NCBI GenBank assembly: GCA_043228905.1
Contig: JBHGNT010000002.1
Span: forward strand, 23,932,001-23,996,000
Source: Azolla caroliniana
Taxonomy: Eukaryota; Plantae; Polypodiophyta
Reading direction: 5' to 3'
Length of the DNA: 64,000 bases
Shown here: piece by piece, positions 24,457 through 37,483 of the stretch
Numbering within the stretch: the stretch's first letter is position 1
How the letters are laid out: every line of letters starts with the position of its first letter
Position numbers and translations under genes: made by a program
The notes under the pieces: generated by a model
What the model was told of the DNA's origin: nothing
The model's database searches: none
What the model saw: the letters and a program-made list of their open reading frames with translations, nothing else

Positions 24457-24527
24457 ATGGATGTAGCTCAGTTAGTACGGTTGCCCAATTGAGACCACGC
24501 GGTCATGGGTTCAGATCTTACATTCCA
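24457..24527 (+). pseudogene. tRNA-derived sequence (tRNA pseudogene or SINE head) after a (GA)n tract at 24425-24451
   Basis: GGATGTAGCTCAGTTAGTA (A-box) ... GGTCATGGGTTCAGATC (degenerate B-box) TTACATTCCA; anticodon arm does not pair. Confidence 0.65.
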
Positions 24528-25703
24528 CAATGGCGTCTAGTATGGCATCTAGTAGATAAAGAGATATGTATGGAGTAACAAGAGATAGAGAAAATTGGGA
24601 GATAGAAATAGTGCAAGTAATGTAATAACTTACCAATAAGGTAAGTTAATTACCATAAAAAAGAAAGAAAGAGAGATAGTCAGGTATGGTATCTGTTGTA
24701 TTGAATCTAAGATTAATTGTATCAATGTTACATTTTGTTTAGGTTATTAGTAGGAATCGACAACCGCTCGGCTCTGGTCAGGCTTGAGCTTGCTTAAACG
24801 GTTTGAGGTCGGTGTGGCTTGAGCCTTGCCAAACTAACTCAAATTGGTTAACTAGGTTACGCCAATTTAACTTTTCACTAGTGTTAGTTTAATAATAAGT
24901 GTGATTTTTACTAGAAGTTAGAAATGGAGAGTCCACTATCGAAATCAGACATGAGAGAGAGGGAGATGGAGTGAATGAAAGAGTTGGAGCCTGCACAATG
25001 CACCATGACGCCTTTTGTGTAGCAATTTGCAAGAAGGACCTCCTTCTATCGAGCTCAGAGCACCTCCTACAGCCTGCATGCCTTCTTATAATGAGGGATT
25101 AGACGGAGATTACTGATTAGGGATGAGGATTTGAAGAAGATAAATGCTTATTAACGAGGATCAGAAGAAGATTAGAGATTAAAGGTTTAGAATTAAGAGG
25201 AAAATTAAAGATGAGAAGAACGAGAAAGTTAGTGATTACTAATTAAGAATTGGGATTGCAAGAAGATTATGTAGAAAATGAGAGACGAAGAAAATAAGTC
25301 AGGGAAGGGATAGAAATTAATCATTATTTAAAAGAAATATATGTATGTATGTACATATTAATTGGAGAAAGAAAAGCAAAACAAAATTAATTGATTAATA
25401 ATGTGAAGTACAGGGAATGTAGGCAGAATCTAAGGGACGAAAACATGCGTTAGTTAATTCATATTTTATTTAATTAATAACATGGCAAGGACAAAAAAGA
25501 AAAGGAAAAAAGAAAACAAAAAGAAGGAGAAGGAGAAGCAAGAGAAAAAGAGAAACCAGAATTTAATGTAGGTTGGGCCAAACCAGTTTAGGATTGGTTT
25601 GGTTTGGTTCGGTTCGGTCAAGGCTTAATCGGTTTGGCTTGGATAAGGCCACAAAATATGCACCTCTTCATGTAAAGGGATAGGACGGAGTACATTTATT
25701 TTG

Positions 25704-26406
25704 CTAAAACCAAAATACTAAAATAAGATCATACTAATATGTTTTATACATTAACATTATTCTAACAAATCTGTTCTCGGGATCACATCTTCTTTTTTGA
25801 TTAATCCAATCCAATCGTGATGAAATGTAACAAAAAATAAACAATGCATTAAAGAAGTCGAGGGAATATTTCAAATGAACATGGATCGGTGTGGTTCACA
25901 TATTAAATAAAGCCTTTGAATGTATTAGCTCGGTTTCTTAATCCAAGTTTTCATGTATTAACCAAATATTAAGTAACAAAGCCCGTTTCCAATTGTCATA
26001 TCAGCACATCACACATGTGCTCTTTGTCGTGCTACACATATTTTGTTACAAAAGTTTAGTCCATTCTTGTAGTTCGGTGTTGGGTGAGTTTGTCAAGATA
26101 GTATATGTATGTTCTTGACATTAATGTTCATTTCCTTTGATGTAACTTAATAAACTTCTGTTTGAAGATGGTATATGTATGTTCTTGACATTGATGTTCA
26201 TTTCCTTTGATGTAACTTACTAAACTTGTGTTTGAATCCATCTTCATGGATCTTCTTGGATGAATGTTCTTGATGTTGTACTTTAATTCCTGATGGGAAC
26301 CTCAAACATACCATAACTATACATATAGAGAGAGTTTGAATCGATCGGTAATAATGTGGTAATGATTGATGGGACATTTATAGGTTGAAGTTTGTACTCA
26401 TTGGAA
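25704..26406. repeat. PPO2 3' flank, duplicated at 61388-62039
   Basis: Long collinear near-identity, e.g. aatgcattaaagaagtcgagggaat and ttgtactttaattcctgatgggaacctc occur in both. Confidence 0.93.
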
Positions 26407-26707
26407 AGTTTGTACAGTGAACAAACAAAACTAGCATGAAATATAATTAAAAGCATATAGGAAATTATTTTAACTCCAATATTTTGGGTATTTAAAATTT
26501 GGAGCAATGTACATTTAGATTATTGAGAATGGGATACATGGTTGGATCAAACCAAAAGAAATAAACAACGACACAATGTGTACAATATCATCGGCCGTGC
26601 CTGTGCTTGTGCCTGTGCCTGTGCCTATGCTTGTCGGCAATGAGCGAAATGAATGTGAAGTTTTATAAATGGGGGGGAGTAAGCCATTACAAAACAAAAA
26701 GGACTAT

Positions 26708-28339
26708 CTACACTTCATAGTTGATCCGGAGGCCTTGGATGGTCACTCTCTCGGTGCCCTTCACGATGATCGTGATCACGACCTCGTTGTCCTTCTTGAT
26801 TCCCACACGCTTCAAGTTATCTCCGATCTCGAACTTTAGGTTGGTCATGAGCCGCCGATGTTGGCTCGCCGATGGCACCACGTTGAATGTCCCCACATAC
26901 TCGGCGCTGTTCGTGAGTGTCGTGTTGGTCGCACCGGGGAGATTCACGAACACCAGCAGTTGCACGAAACTGTCTCTCACCACGTCCATTGCCTCGATCG
27001 TCAGCACCTCCTCCGAGTGCTCCGGCCTTTTCACACCTATAGCGGACGGCCGTTGCACGCGTGCAACGAGCTTCTTGCCTAGCTCAATTGTCCCGTTGAG
27101 AGGCGAGGAACCGACGAACGGCACGCCCGAAGCTATGGCCGCCTGTAGGGCACTCCCGTTCGAGACTGGGACCGGGGAGAATCGAATCCACAACTTGTCG
27201 GAGCTCACCCTCTTGTATTTGTAGCCAAGCTTGCTTATGTCGAGCACATCTCGCACCTTTATCTTCACCATGTTTGCATATTCGTCGAAGAAAGGGAACT
27301 CGGCGTCGAGGAAGTCGGTTACGTTGAAATCGTGGCGCTCGCCATCGGGGAGGTGGAATCGCCACATGTCCCACAGCCGGTCAACATTGGTGTGATGGGA
27401 GTAGAACACGGGATCGCGACCGGCCGACGTGAAGGTGCCCATATCTTCTCCGAGGGTGTTGTTTCTGTTGCCGGTCCAGTAATGGATGCCATTGTGGATC
27501 GTGTTCTCGATGCTGCCACCCAACGGAGCAGAGATGACAGTGGAATTGGTGAGGTCGGACCCGAGAACGTAAGGGCCACCTAGGAAGAGCTCCGGGGTGC
27601 GGGCCGTCACCATGGCTTGATACATGGAATTGAGATTCTCCAAGGCGATGAGGGTGGTGTTGCTGGTGCTACTGGCTGGGGAGAGACGGATGAGGGTGGT
27701 GCCCGAGAGCGCGGAGGTGCTGCGGTTGGCGTCGAAGAGGGCGGTGCCATTGCGTGCGAACATGGGGGGCAACACGTTGCCGCCATCACGTTGGTCGTCC
27801 CAGTTCCAATAGACAAGTGTGAACGACGGATCGCCGATGAGACTACCGAGGATGCGCTCGTGGAAGTAGAGGTACATACGGTGCCACGGGAGGAACAACC
27901 ACGAGAAGTGGACCTGGAGAGGTTTATCGGCAGCGGCGCCGCCTTGCTTGTAGGCACCGTTGCAAAAGGCACAATGGAGATCGGCCTGGACCTTGAAGCT
28001 GCGGGGATCGGTGTCGGGGAGGGCTTTCATGAGAGCGTATGCCTTGTTGTACTTGGCGATGTACTCTTCGCTCACACGGTGGGCGGGGTGCCGGACACGG
28101 GTCTTGGGGGACTTGTAGGCATCCAAGGAGAAGCGGACGACCTTGTGGGCGGGGACGATGGGGATGCAACAATTGAAGAGATAGGTGTTCTTGGCATTGG
28201 GGCCAGCAGCAGGCCTGTCGACGGCAAGCTGACATTGGGACAAATCGGGGACGGTAACGGGATCCGCGGCCACGAAAGAGAACAATGGCAGGAACAGGGC
28301 TAGCACCAACACAACGTGATGGAGGTTATTGGAGGCCAT
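26708..28339 (-). CDS. PPO: Polyphenol oxidase, secretory-pathway type, intronless (PPO2), close paralogue of PPO1
   Basis: Same CuA/CuB motifs. First ATG at 28339 (MASNNLHHVVLVLALFLPLFSFVAA|DP); the ORF-track start at 28348 is TTG. Confidence 0.97.
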   Translation of the reverse strand: MASNNLHHVVLVLALFLPLFSFVAADPVTVPDLSQCQLAVDRPAAGPNAKNTYLFNCCIPIVPAHKVVRFSLDAYKSPKTRVRHPAHRVSEEYIAKYNKAYALMKALPDTDPRSFKVQADLHCAFCNGAYKQGGAAADKPLQVHFSWLFLPWHRMYLYFHERILGSLIGDPSFTLVYWNWDDQRDGGNVLPPMFARNGTALFDANRSTSALSGTTLIRLSPASSTSNTTLIALENLNSMYQAMVTARTPELFLGGPYVLGSDLTNSTVISAPLGGSIENTIHNGIHYWTGNRNNTLGEDMGTFTSAGRDPVFYSHHTNVDRLWDMWRFHLPDGERHDFNVTDFLDAEFPFFDEYANMVKIKVRDVLDISKLGYKYKRVSSDKLWIRFSPVPVSNGSALQAAIASGVPFVGSSPLNGTIELGKKLVARVQRPSAIGVKRPEHSEEVLTIEAMDVVRDSFVQLLVFVNLPGATNTTLTNSAEYVGTFNVVPSASQHRRLMTNLKFEIGDNLKRVGIKKDNEVVITIIVKGTERVTIQGLRINYEV

Positions 28340-30006
28340 AGGAAGCAAATCTATGAATGCTCTCTACTGTCTATGGAGTAGATCGAGATTATTGGTATAA
28401 GCAGGGTGCTACTATTATGAATGTTCTTTGATGGATGGTGTTACTATTATGAATGTTCTTTGATGGATGGGTGTGATGTAACCTATATTATATGTATGTA
28501 TGTATAATGTCAACTGGTATGTCTCTTTATATAATGTCAATTGGTACCTCTATTTGTGATGGAGATAACCTCTATATATTTTGTAATAATAATATAGAAA
28601 AATCAATGAGTTTGAATGGTCTTCTACCCATTAATCCCTAAAATGTCAAGCTTTTCGTTGAATCCAAGATATCCATCCTACATACGGAAAATGTCAACAT
28701 AATTCCTAGACTTATATATCACATACTAGATTTGGAAAACGTCAACATAATTGGCAGCAAATATATCATGTTGCTTATAATAGAAATAGAAAAGTATGTT
28801 AATTTACAGCGTCAACATATCTATATCTGTCTGTCTGTCTGTATGTGTAAATGAAACATTGTGGAAGAGCTTCCATAACTCTTCATTAAATCGAACGCGT
28901 ATTCACTCACTTTGTTGTTTCACACAGTTTTGACTTTGTCATTACATTTTAAATGCAACATTTCAATTACCATATTGATTTGCTTGCGTTTTATTTATTA
29001 TTCTTGTTTCAATTACCAAAGGATTAACATTTCCACCAACAGACAACTCCTTAATATTAGCCGCCAAGTTCTCTTCATTGATTTCACTCCCAATTTTACA
29101 TGGAGATTTTACCATGAAAATAGCTGGAGATTTCAAGTCCTCAAAGACATTGACATATATCGTATCTTCATTCATAGAACGTTAGGGTGCATATATGCAC
29201 ATATAAGACTTGTGTTTGGTTGTAAGGTATATTTTTTCCTCCTCCCATCTAGTGGACTTTCTTCCTAAGGATAATTGAGAATTAAGGTTGTGTCCCACTC
29301 CACTTTGCCTTTTGACCAGTGAAAGGGCAAGACTTGTCCTATCTAATATATCTCTTTTTCAATCTATCTAAGTTTGGCGTTTTATAATGTCGTTGCACCC
29401 ATTTCTCTACAAAATACAAGGGATTTACAGAATCGGTACGCAATTTTATAATATGTAGGTATGTTATTATATTCTAGTATTTCCTGCACGTCAAGACATA
29501 TATATTTACTCTTAATCTAAGACAATATGAATCCAACTTTTGTGTTTATTTTATAGTGGTCAAGCCACAACATTTCATAAATCTTGAAAATCATTGTTTC
29601 AGGAGTTATAGGTAGTTTGGGTTGATATACTTTTAGTTTTTAGAAATGTATGCATTATGACATGCATCAAGACATTTATCTACATTATGGAGGTAACCTA
29701 AACAATCAAATAATGGCAATGGTTTTGAATTGAATTTCCTTTAGAACTTGCAACAATGTAATTATATTGTGATATGCACATAAGAGATCAAAACCAACCT
29801 ACTTAGCTTCTTACTTCTTACTCAATCACCCTCATAGAGTGCTCGGAAAGGGCTGATTCGTGCTACTTAAGGGGTCTTGTTGAGACGTTCTATGAGGCCA
29901 TTTTTCCTAGGATGGTATGGGGACATAAATATCTGTTGGACACCGAGTTGAGGACACCCCCCTGGAACTGTCGGCCCTGATAGTTGGACGGGGCTAGTGA
30001 CAGAAA

Positions 30007-30227
30007 ACAAGCTAGCAATCGGCGGATAGAGATCAATCGCTCATGTGGACTGAGGACCACCTGGACTTGGCTGAGGTGGGGGATAGGAGGGCTATCGTGT
30101 ACAAGCTAACAATCAGTGGATAAAGATCAATTGCCCATGTGGACTGAGGGCCACTTGGACTTGTCTGAGATGGGGGATAGGAGGGCTATAGGCGGATAGA
30201 GATCAATCTCTCCTGTGGGTTGAGGGT
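30007..30227. repeat. 94-bp tandem repeat (~2.3 copies)
   Basis: acaagcta..ggataRagatcaat..atgtggactgagg..gggggataggagggctat at 30007 and 30101, partial copy at ~30191. Confidence 0.85.
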
Positions 30228-30976
30228 GCCACAAAGGCACACATGCACACCACGATATATATGGACTTAATAGGCATATTATTTGTTTGAAAAGGTACTT
30301 GATTTTGGGAGCATAATGGAAGAGTCATCGGCTTGATAGGGGTGGTGTCATGTTGCCAATGGACTAGAATGTGTAAAATCCTCTAAATTGAGCACTTCTC
30401 CATATTTCAATTGATCCTAAAATTCTTGTAGATGTAAATTAATGCAAGGTGGAAGCCCATACCTCGTTTATATGAAGCATTGTAGCTACTAATCATGTAG
30501 TATGTTTTACCTCAAAAGTAAAGAGGAGAGAGCCGAAAGAAGAAGATCAGAACATTTAGGGTGGATTGATAATTTATTGGACGCTGAGAGTTTTCATCCA
30601 AAATGATACAAGAGCCTCGTGCTCACAAATCCAAATGCTATCCATTCAACATATAAAATTTTTGAATTCTACTTCAATTGAATCAATGTGTCAATTCTAG
30701 TAGTTGGGCATCGTGTATCTTTGTTCTTGTACATATTTGTGTGTTTTTCTTGGACTATCTCAACCCACAATATAGCGATTCAATGCTTGTCTACAAGCGA
30801 AGACAACATATGTTGTGATAGCGGTTACCCTCGACGATCAACATTTGCTATGGATTTTAACATTTCTGCATATTAAGAAATGTTGCTCGATCTGATAGTG
30901 TTTTAAGAACATTGCAATGTGTGGTGGATCATATACATCCAACCTTCTAAAGTGAGTACACTAGTCTAAGACCAAG

Positions 30977-33517
30977 TATAACAAAGCACTGGAAAGAGAA
31001 AAGAGAATTATAGAAAAGGGGTATTCAATCAATAAGAGAAAAGGGTATTTTGTATTAAAGAGGAAGTATTACATTGGGGGCATCCCCCTAATTTCCAGAA
31101 ACTAGCCCCCTCTTCTCTGTGCACACAACATACTTAAATACCCATGGACTCAACTACTTCACCACCAATTTCTCTAGCTACTTGGACCACTAATTCCTCT
31201 AGCTACTTGACCATTAATTTCTCTAGTTACTCCCAACCAATCTCCCCCTAATTTCTCTAATTCTAACTACTCCATAACATAACACTCTCCCACGAGGCGA
31301 AGAGTTTCGTCCTCGAAACTAAAACACTAGTACAATAACATGAACTCCTAAGTCCATAAGTAAATGAAAAAAGGGAAAGAAGGACAATGGCAAAGGTGGT
31401 CTTACCATACTAATACAGTAGGAAGTGTCTAAACCCTTGTCATTGTAGCACTAATTAGAGCTAGGGTACCTGAACAAGAATGAGGGATCCGAATGAAACA
31501 AACTTTCTTAAGAGATCCATGTGGCTTCCAAAAGTGGTCGCCCTTTCCACTTGATAAAAAATTTCGTGTTCCATTGCGCACTTGTTGTTTTAAGATTGCT
31601 TCAAGTTCTTCTGCTTCCTCCCTTAGGTTAGTCTTCTGGCTTCAATGTTTATCAGGATGAAATCTCTTAAGCAAACTTAGATGAAATGTGTCATGCACCT
31701 TGACGGAACTAGGAAATTGTAGCTTGTAAGTATCTCCATTAAAACTTTGTGGCACTTCATTGTTATCCGTGGGACAAAAGGGATACAGTGTGAAATGAAT
31801 CTAAGGATATCGGTAGGAAAAGTAGGTGGAGAACGACAATTGGGAAGGAGAGAGGTAACGGAATACAAGCAACCGAGAATGAAGGCCGAGAAGAAAGGAG
31901 TAACTGAAGCGTGCCGAACATGAAGGGCAGCTATATAACAAGAAGGAGAATCAGAAGGAAGAGGGGGGAGAATGCGAAGAAGATATACCTTGACTAGCGA
32001 GATTTATTGTTTTCATGAGTATATGAGAATACATTAATCTGTTCGTGCAATCTATATGTGCAATTTAGTAGGTTGATTGTGGCTTACGTTTTTTTTTTCC
32101 ATAGTTAACTATCTGTGCAAGCTCGGGGATTCCTGTCCACCACTACGCACCGCAACCTCTTGACCCGATTAGCTTAAGAATAATCGAAGGTGTCATCTTG
32201 AAGTAGAGACAAGGCAATTTTAGCTTGTAAGTAACTCCATTAAAACTTTGTGGCATTTCATATGGCGCGTAATAATGATGGTTAAATTTAGGTGAGAGTC
32301 ATCCAGGTAAAGGCCAATGAATGGCACTAACGAGGACCAAATCGCCTTTGAAAAATTTAATGTGTTGACGTTTTATGCTGGCTGCCCGAACCATTTGTTC
32401 CTTTGATTGTTGTAATCCTTGTTGTGGAACCCGCACTGTTGCTTGCCAATCTTCTAGAAAAATATCAACATCGGGCTCTTTAATTTTATCTCGAACAACA
32501 TGAGAGACCAAAGACAATGGACTAAGAACTTGCTTCCCTGTAGCTAATTCAAAAGGAGAAAAACAAGTGGCAGAATATTTAGAGTTATAACAAAATTCTA
32601 GCATATCGATATGATCCACCCAATCTTTTTGATCCGCCTGCACATAACAACGTATGTAGTCTTCAAGACTCTGATTTACCCTTTCCATTTGGCCATTAGT
32701 TTGGGGATGAGCCGTGGAAGACATTTGAAGTTGTGTGTCTAGCAATTTGAATAGTTCTTGCCAAAATCGATTAGTAAAATGTGGATCTGTATCAGATGTG
32801 ATCACCGCAGGCATGCCATGATATTTAAAGATATGTTTGAATAACAATTTGCCTACCTGGAGGGCTATGAGAGGTGGTTTTGTTGGTACATACTACAAAG
32901 TGAGCTCGTTTAGAGAAATAGTCGATGACCACCATGATCACATTATAACATCTTGACATGGGCAAATCCACTATGAAATCCACACTCATCACATCCCATG
33001 GTTGAGCGGGTATTGGCTTGGGTCGTAGTAATCCAAATGGTCGTCCACGCCGAGCTTTGACTTGTTGGCATGTCACACAGGATTGGACGTAGTCTATTAC
33101 ATCCAACTCCATATGGGGCCATAAAAAATGTTGCCGGATGTTGATGAGATTCCGGTGAATACCACCATGCCTTGCCATTTTACAATCATGTGCTTCTTGC
33201 AAAATCAATGCCTTAATTTGCCTCATATTACTTACAAACCACTTACCATGTACCATTAATAGACCTTGTTGCATTTTGAATGACCCATGGGCCACACGTT
33301 GCATTTCCATATCGGAAATCAATTGTTGCGTGTAAGGATCATGTTGTTGAGTTGTTCGAACATCTTGTAGCAAAGAAGAATCAGAGATTACTGAAATGTT
33401 ACAAGCATGAGGCGTTCGACTTAAAGCATATGGACTAGTATTAAGAGCACCACTTTTATGGTTGATGCAGAAATCAAATTATGCCAAAAAGTCTTCCCAA
33501 CAAGCTTCTTTAGGGGA
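30977..33517 (-). mobile_element. Ty3/gypsy chromovirus 3' part (end of RNase H, integrase, chromodomain, PPT, 3' LTR ~30977-31284)
   Basis: Integrase HHCC (AHD..GG..CVTCQQVK), PWDVMSVDFI, HPQTNGQMERVN; chromodomain AILKQQVRNG..IKWKGRPLLEATW at ~31510-31620; PPT gggagag next to LTR start tgttatg. Left LTR boundary is approximate. Confidence 0.85.
31761..32224. mobile_element. Solo-LTR-like insert in the chromovirus integrase C-terminus
   Basis: Starts TGTTATCC; its right part recurs at 59690-59860 ending ttttagcaCA; flanked by a ~40-bp duplication of host sequence. Confidence 0.6.
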
Positions 33518-34100
33518 CAACCACCAATTTCTCTAGCTACTTGACCACTAAGTCCTCTAGCTAATCGATCACTAATTTCTCTAGTTATGCCCAACCAATC
33601 TTCCCCTAATTTCTCTAATTCTAACTACGCCATAACATAACACTCTCCCACGAGGTGAAGAGTTTCGTCCTCGAAACTAAAACACTAGTACAATAACATG
33701 ACCTCCTAAGTCCATAAGTAAATGAAAAAAGGGAAAGAAGGACAATGGCAAAGGTGGTCTTACCATACTAATACAGTAGAAAGTGTCTAAACCCTTGCCA
33801 TTGTAGCACTAATTAGAGCTAGGGTACCTGAACAAGAATGAGGGATCCGAACGAAACAAACTTTCTTAAGAGATCCATGTGGCTTCGGAAAGTGGTCGCC
33901 CTTTCCACTTGATCAAAAATTTCGTGTTCCATTGTGCACTTGTTGTTTTAAGATTGCTCTAGGTTCTTCCGCTTCCTCCCTCAGGTTAGTCTTCCGTCTC
34001 CAATGTTTATCAGGATGAAATCTCTTAAGCAAACTTAGATGAAATGTGTCATGCACCTTGACAAAACTAGGCAGTTGTAGCTTGTAAGTATCTCCATTAA
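33518..34100 (-). repeat. Direct duplicate of 31160-31742 (chromodomain, PPT, LTR start)
   Basis: Near-identical from ccaccaatttctctagctac to cttgtaagtatctccattaa. Confidence 0.93.
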
Positions 34101-34245
34101 GTATAGTGGAATGTACGGGCACAACTCCGACTACGAAGATTGTGGCGGAATGTATGCACACAACTCCGACTGTGGCAGAATGTTCATGATGAAACATAGA
34201 GCAAACTCTATGTCGGCCTCTACCTCAACTAGTGCCCTCAATCCG

Positions 34246-37200
34246 GAGGACGTATGATTTGTTGACTCCGGAGCCTCAAACGATATGACATCTCATGAAG
34301 AATGGTTTCTCGAACTTCGAGAGCCAGAGCGACCCAGTTATGTCGAAACCGGAGATGACACTACGCACCCGATTCGGCACATCGGCAATGTTCCATTCGG
34401 CGAAAGAGGTAAGCAAACATACATTAAAAATGTCTTGCATGTTCCCACCATCACGAAGAATTTGGTCTTGGTCGGCCAAATGGTTGAGCAAGGGATGCAA
34501 ATACGATTCAACCAAGAAGAGTGCTTCAACCAAGGAAGAAGAGAGGGCCGGATGTTCATTCTCGATTCACACGAGATGAAATCCGCCATGTTTGCAAAAA
34601 GCGCGAATGCCGACTCCGACATAGAGCTATGGCACAAGCGAATTGGTCACATCAATCTCAACAAACTCAAAGCAATGAAATCAAAAGGAGTCGTCATCGG
34701 ACTCTCGACATTCAAAGAGAAGGAGATTGAAGGTGTATGCGAAGCATGCCAATTCGGCAAGCAACACCGACACCCATTCCCGAAAGAACGGAACGTGAGC
34801 AAAGGTCTACTCCACGTAGTCCATTCCGACGTATGGGGACCGGCGCAGACGGCTACATTCGGCGGATGCCGATATTACGTGCTCTTCATTGACGACTTCT
34901 CTAGGCACACTTGGATCTACCCAATGCGGCAAAAGAGCCAAGTATTCGGACACTTCCAAAAATTCAAGAATGAAGTCAAGAAAGCCACGGGCCGACATGT
35001 CCGATGTCTCCGATCGGATGGCGGCAAGGAGTACTTCTCGGACGATTTCACGGTGTATCTCCGAAAGGAAGGAATTCGGCGAGAATTCACTTGTCGACAC
35101 ACTCCGCAACAAAACGGAGTAGCCGAGCACAAAAATCAGCACATCCTCGAAGTAGCAGGGGCCATGATGAATGAGAAGCATATGTCCAAGTCATATTGGG
35201 CCGAAGCGGCAAATACGGCCGTCTACCTAATGAACTGATGCACAACATTCGGAGTGCACGAGGTCACTCTGCATGAAAAATACTTCGGAAAGAAGCCGGA
35301 CTTATCGCACACCCGGATATTCGGTACAATAGCATATGTGCACATACCTGACGAAAAGCGGCAAAAGCTAGATCCAAAGTCAAAGAAATGTATCCTCGTA
35401 GGATACTCATTGGAGCAAAAGGGGTACAAGTGCTACAACCCCTCAACTCGAAAATCTCAAGTAAGTCGAGATGTCGTTTTTGACGAGTCCGCATCCTGGT
35501 ACGCACCAAAGACAACTTCGACTCCGATTCTGCTTGACCCGGAATACGCCGAATATGAGATAGAGGATGAAGATCTCGTTACGGGCATGTTCGAAGAAAG
35601 TCCGATCATGACCCGACTGAGCGGACCACAAGAGCCTTTGAGCGATCAAAGCACATCACGGCCTTGGCCGAAGATGGACAAAGGCAAGGAGAAAATGTCG
35701 GAATACGAAGACGATCGCTTCGACGACGATGAGTCGACTCACTCACTCGACAATGAGTTCGGCGGTTTCGATGTACCAATCGGAGCTAAGAAATCCCTCA
35801 TCTCTGCAAATGAAAAGCTCCGCCGCTCCATCTGTGAAAATAATCCGGTCAGCCGATTCGGCTACAACGACTACATTGCATATCACTATGCCTTTATGAT
35901 GAAGGTGGCGAAAGTACGGGAGCCGGAAACATTTTCTGAAGCAGCAAAGGATCCGCGATGGATCGAAGCCATGAACGAGGAGATGCAGGCACTACGCAAG
36001 AACGAGACGTGGGATCTCGTTCCCACCTCACCACACAAAAAGGCGATTGGATTCAGATGGATTTACAAAGTGAAGTACAATGCCGACGGTTCCGTCAACC
36101 GCTACAAAGCGCGACTCGTAGCAAAAGGCTACGGACAAACGCATGGAGTTGACTACGAAGAGACCTTTCCCCCATGGCAAAGATGACGATGGTATGGACC
36201 GTAATTGCGCTTGCCGCGGCGAAAGGGTGGCACCTCCATCAAATGGACGTCAAGAACACCTTTCTACAAGGCGAATTAGTAGAGGTGTACATGATACAAC
36301 CACCTGGCTTCAACTCGAGCACCCATCCGAAAGCTGTATGCGGACCCAAGAAGCCACTCTACGGCTTCAAGCAAGCATTGCGTGCTTGGCATTCGAAGAT
36401 AACGAAATATCTTCATCAAATCGGCTTCCCTATGTCAAAATCAGACAACTCCCTCTACATACGAAGCGATTCCACAAGTCCGATCGTCATCATGTTATAT
36501 GTGGATGACCTAGTAATTGGAGGTGAGCATCTCGTCGAAATCAATAAGGTCAAATCCCTCCTTTCCGACAAGTTCGAGATGACGGACATGAAGGAGCTCC
36601 ACTACTTCCTCGGCATCGAGCTAATTCGGACTCCGGCCGGAATCATGATCTCTCAACGACACTACATCCTCAACTTGTTATACAAGTTCGGTATGGCTGA
36701 GTGCAAATCTGAGGCAACCCCACTCGATCGCAATCTCAAACTAGATGCGAACTCCGGCACCAAAGTGTGTGAGCCGACTCAGTATCGCCAACTCATCGGG
36801 AGTCTCATCTACCTCACGATCACTCGACCCGATCTCAGTTATCCGGTTGGTCTCCTTAGTCAATTCATGCAAACACTGCGTGATACTCACTTGGATTGCG
36901 CTAAGCGAGTTCTACGATACGTGCGCGGCACAATGGATTGCGACATCCTCTACAAGACCGCGATGCCAATACGACTCGAGGGGTACACAGACGCCGATTG
37001 GGCTGGCTACAAAGCTGATAGAAGATCAACCTCCGGATTTGTTTTTTCCCTCGGCAACGAAGCAATATCCTGGAGCAGCAAAAAGCAACCAACCGTCGCT
37101 TTTTCGAGTACAAAGGCGGGATATAGGGGCACGACAGTGGCCGCATGTGAAGCCATATGGCTCAAAAGGATACTCAAGGATCTGGGCGTACCCATCAAGG

Positions 37201-37483
37201 ATCCGACTTCCCTTTACTACGACAACATGAGCAGTATCTATCTGGCTCGGAACCCGGTGTTCCACACGCGGACAAAGCACATCGAAGTGCACTATCACTT
37301 CATCCAAGAGTGCGTTGTAGCTGGCGATGTCGACCTACGTGACATTAGCTAGCACAAATCTTCAAACGGCCAACATCTTCACTAATGCCTTAGGAGCCAA
37401 CAAGCTATGGAAATTCATGACCGATCTCGGATTGACGATCCCTGACCTGCCAAGCTTGAGGGGCAGTACTGAAGACACTACGC
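34246..37483 (+). pseudogene. copia-2 pol (protease, integrase, RT, RNase H), disrupted
   Basis: [55 protein letters not shown]. Confidence 0.93.

Noticed and set aside
24457-24527. Functional tRNA genes here, at 12152-12395 or at 38054-38126
   Set aside because: Anticodon arms do not pair and acceptor stems are broken; treated as tRNA-derived only.
28963-29175. 70-aa ORF upstream of PPO2 as a small gene
   Set aside because: The homologous PPO1 upstream segment differs by indels and has no matching ORF in the track.
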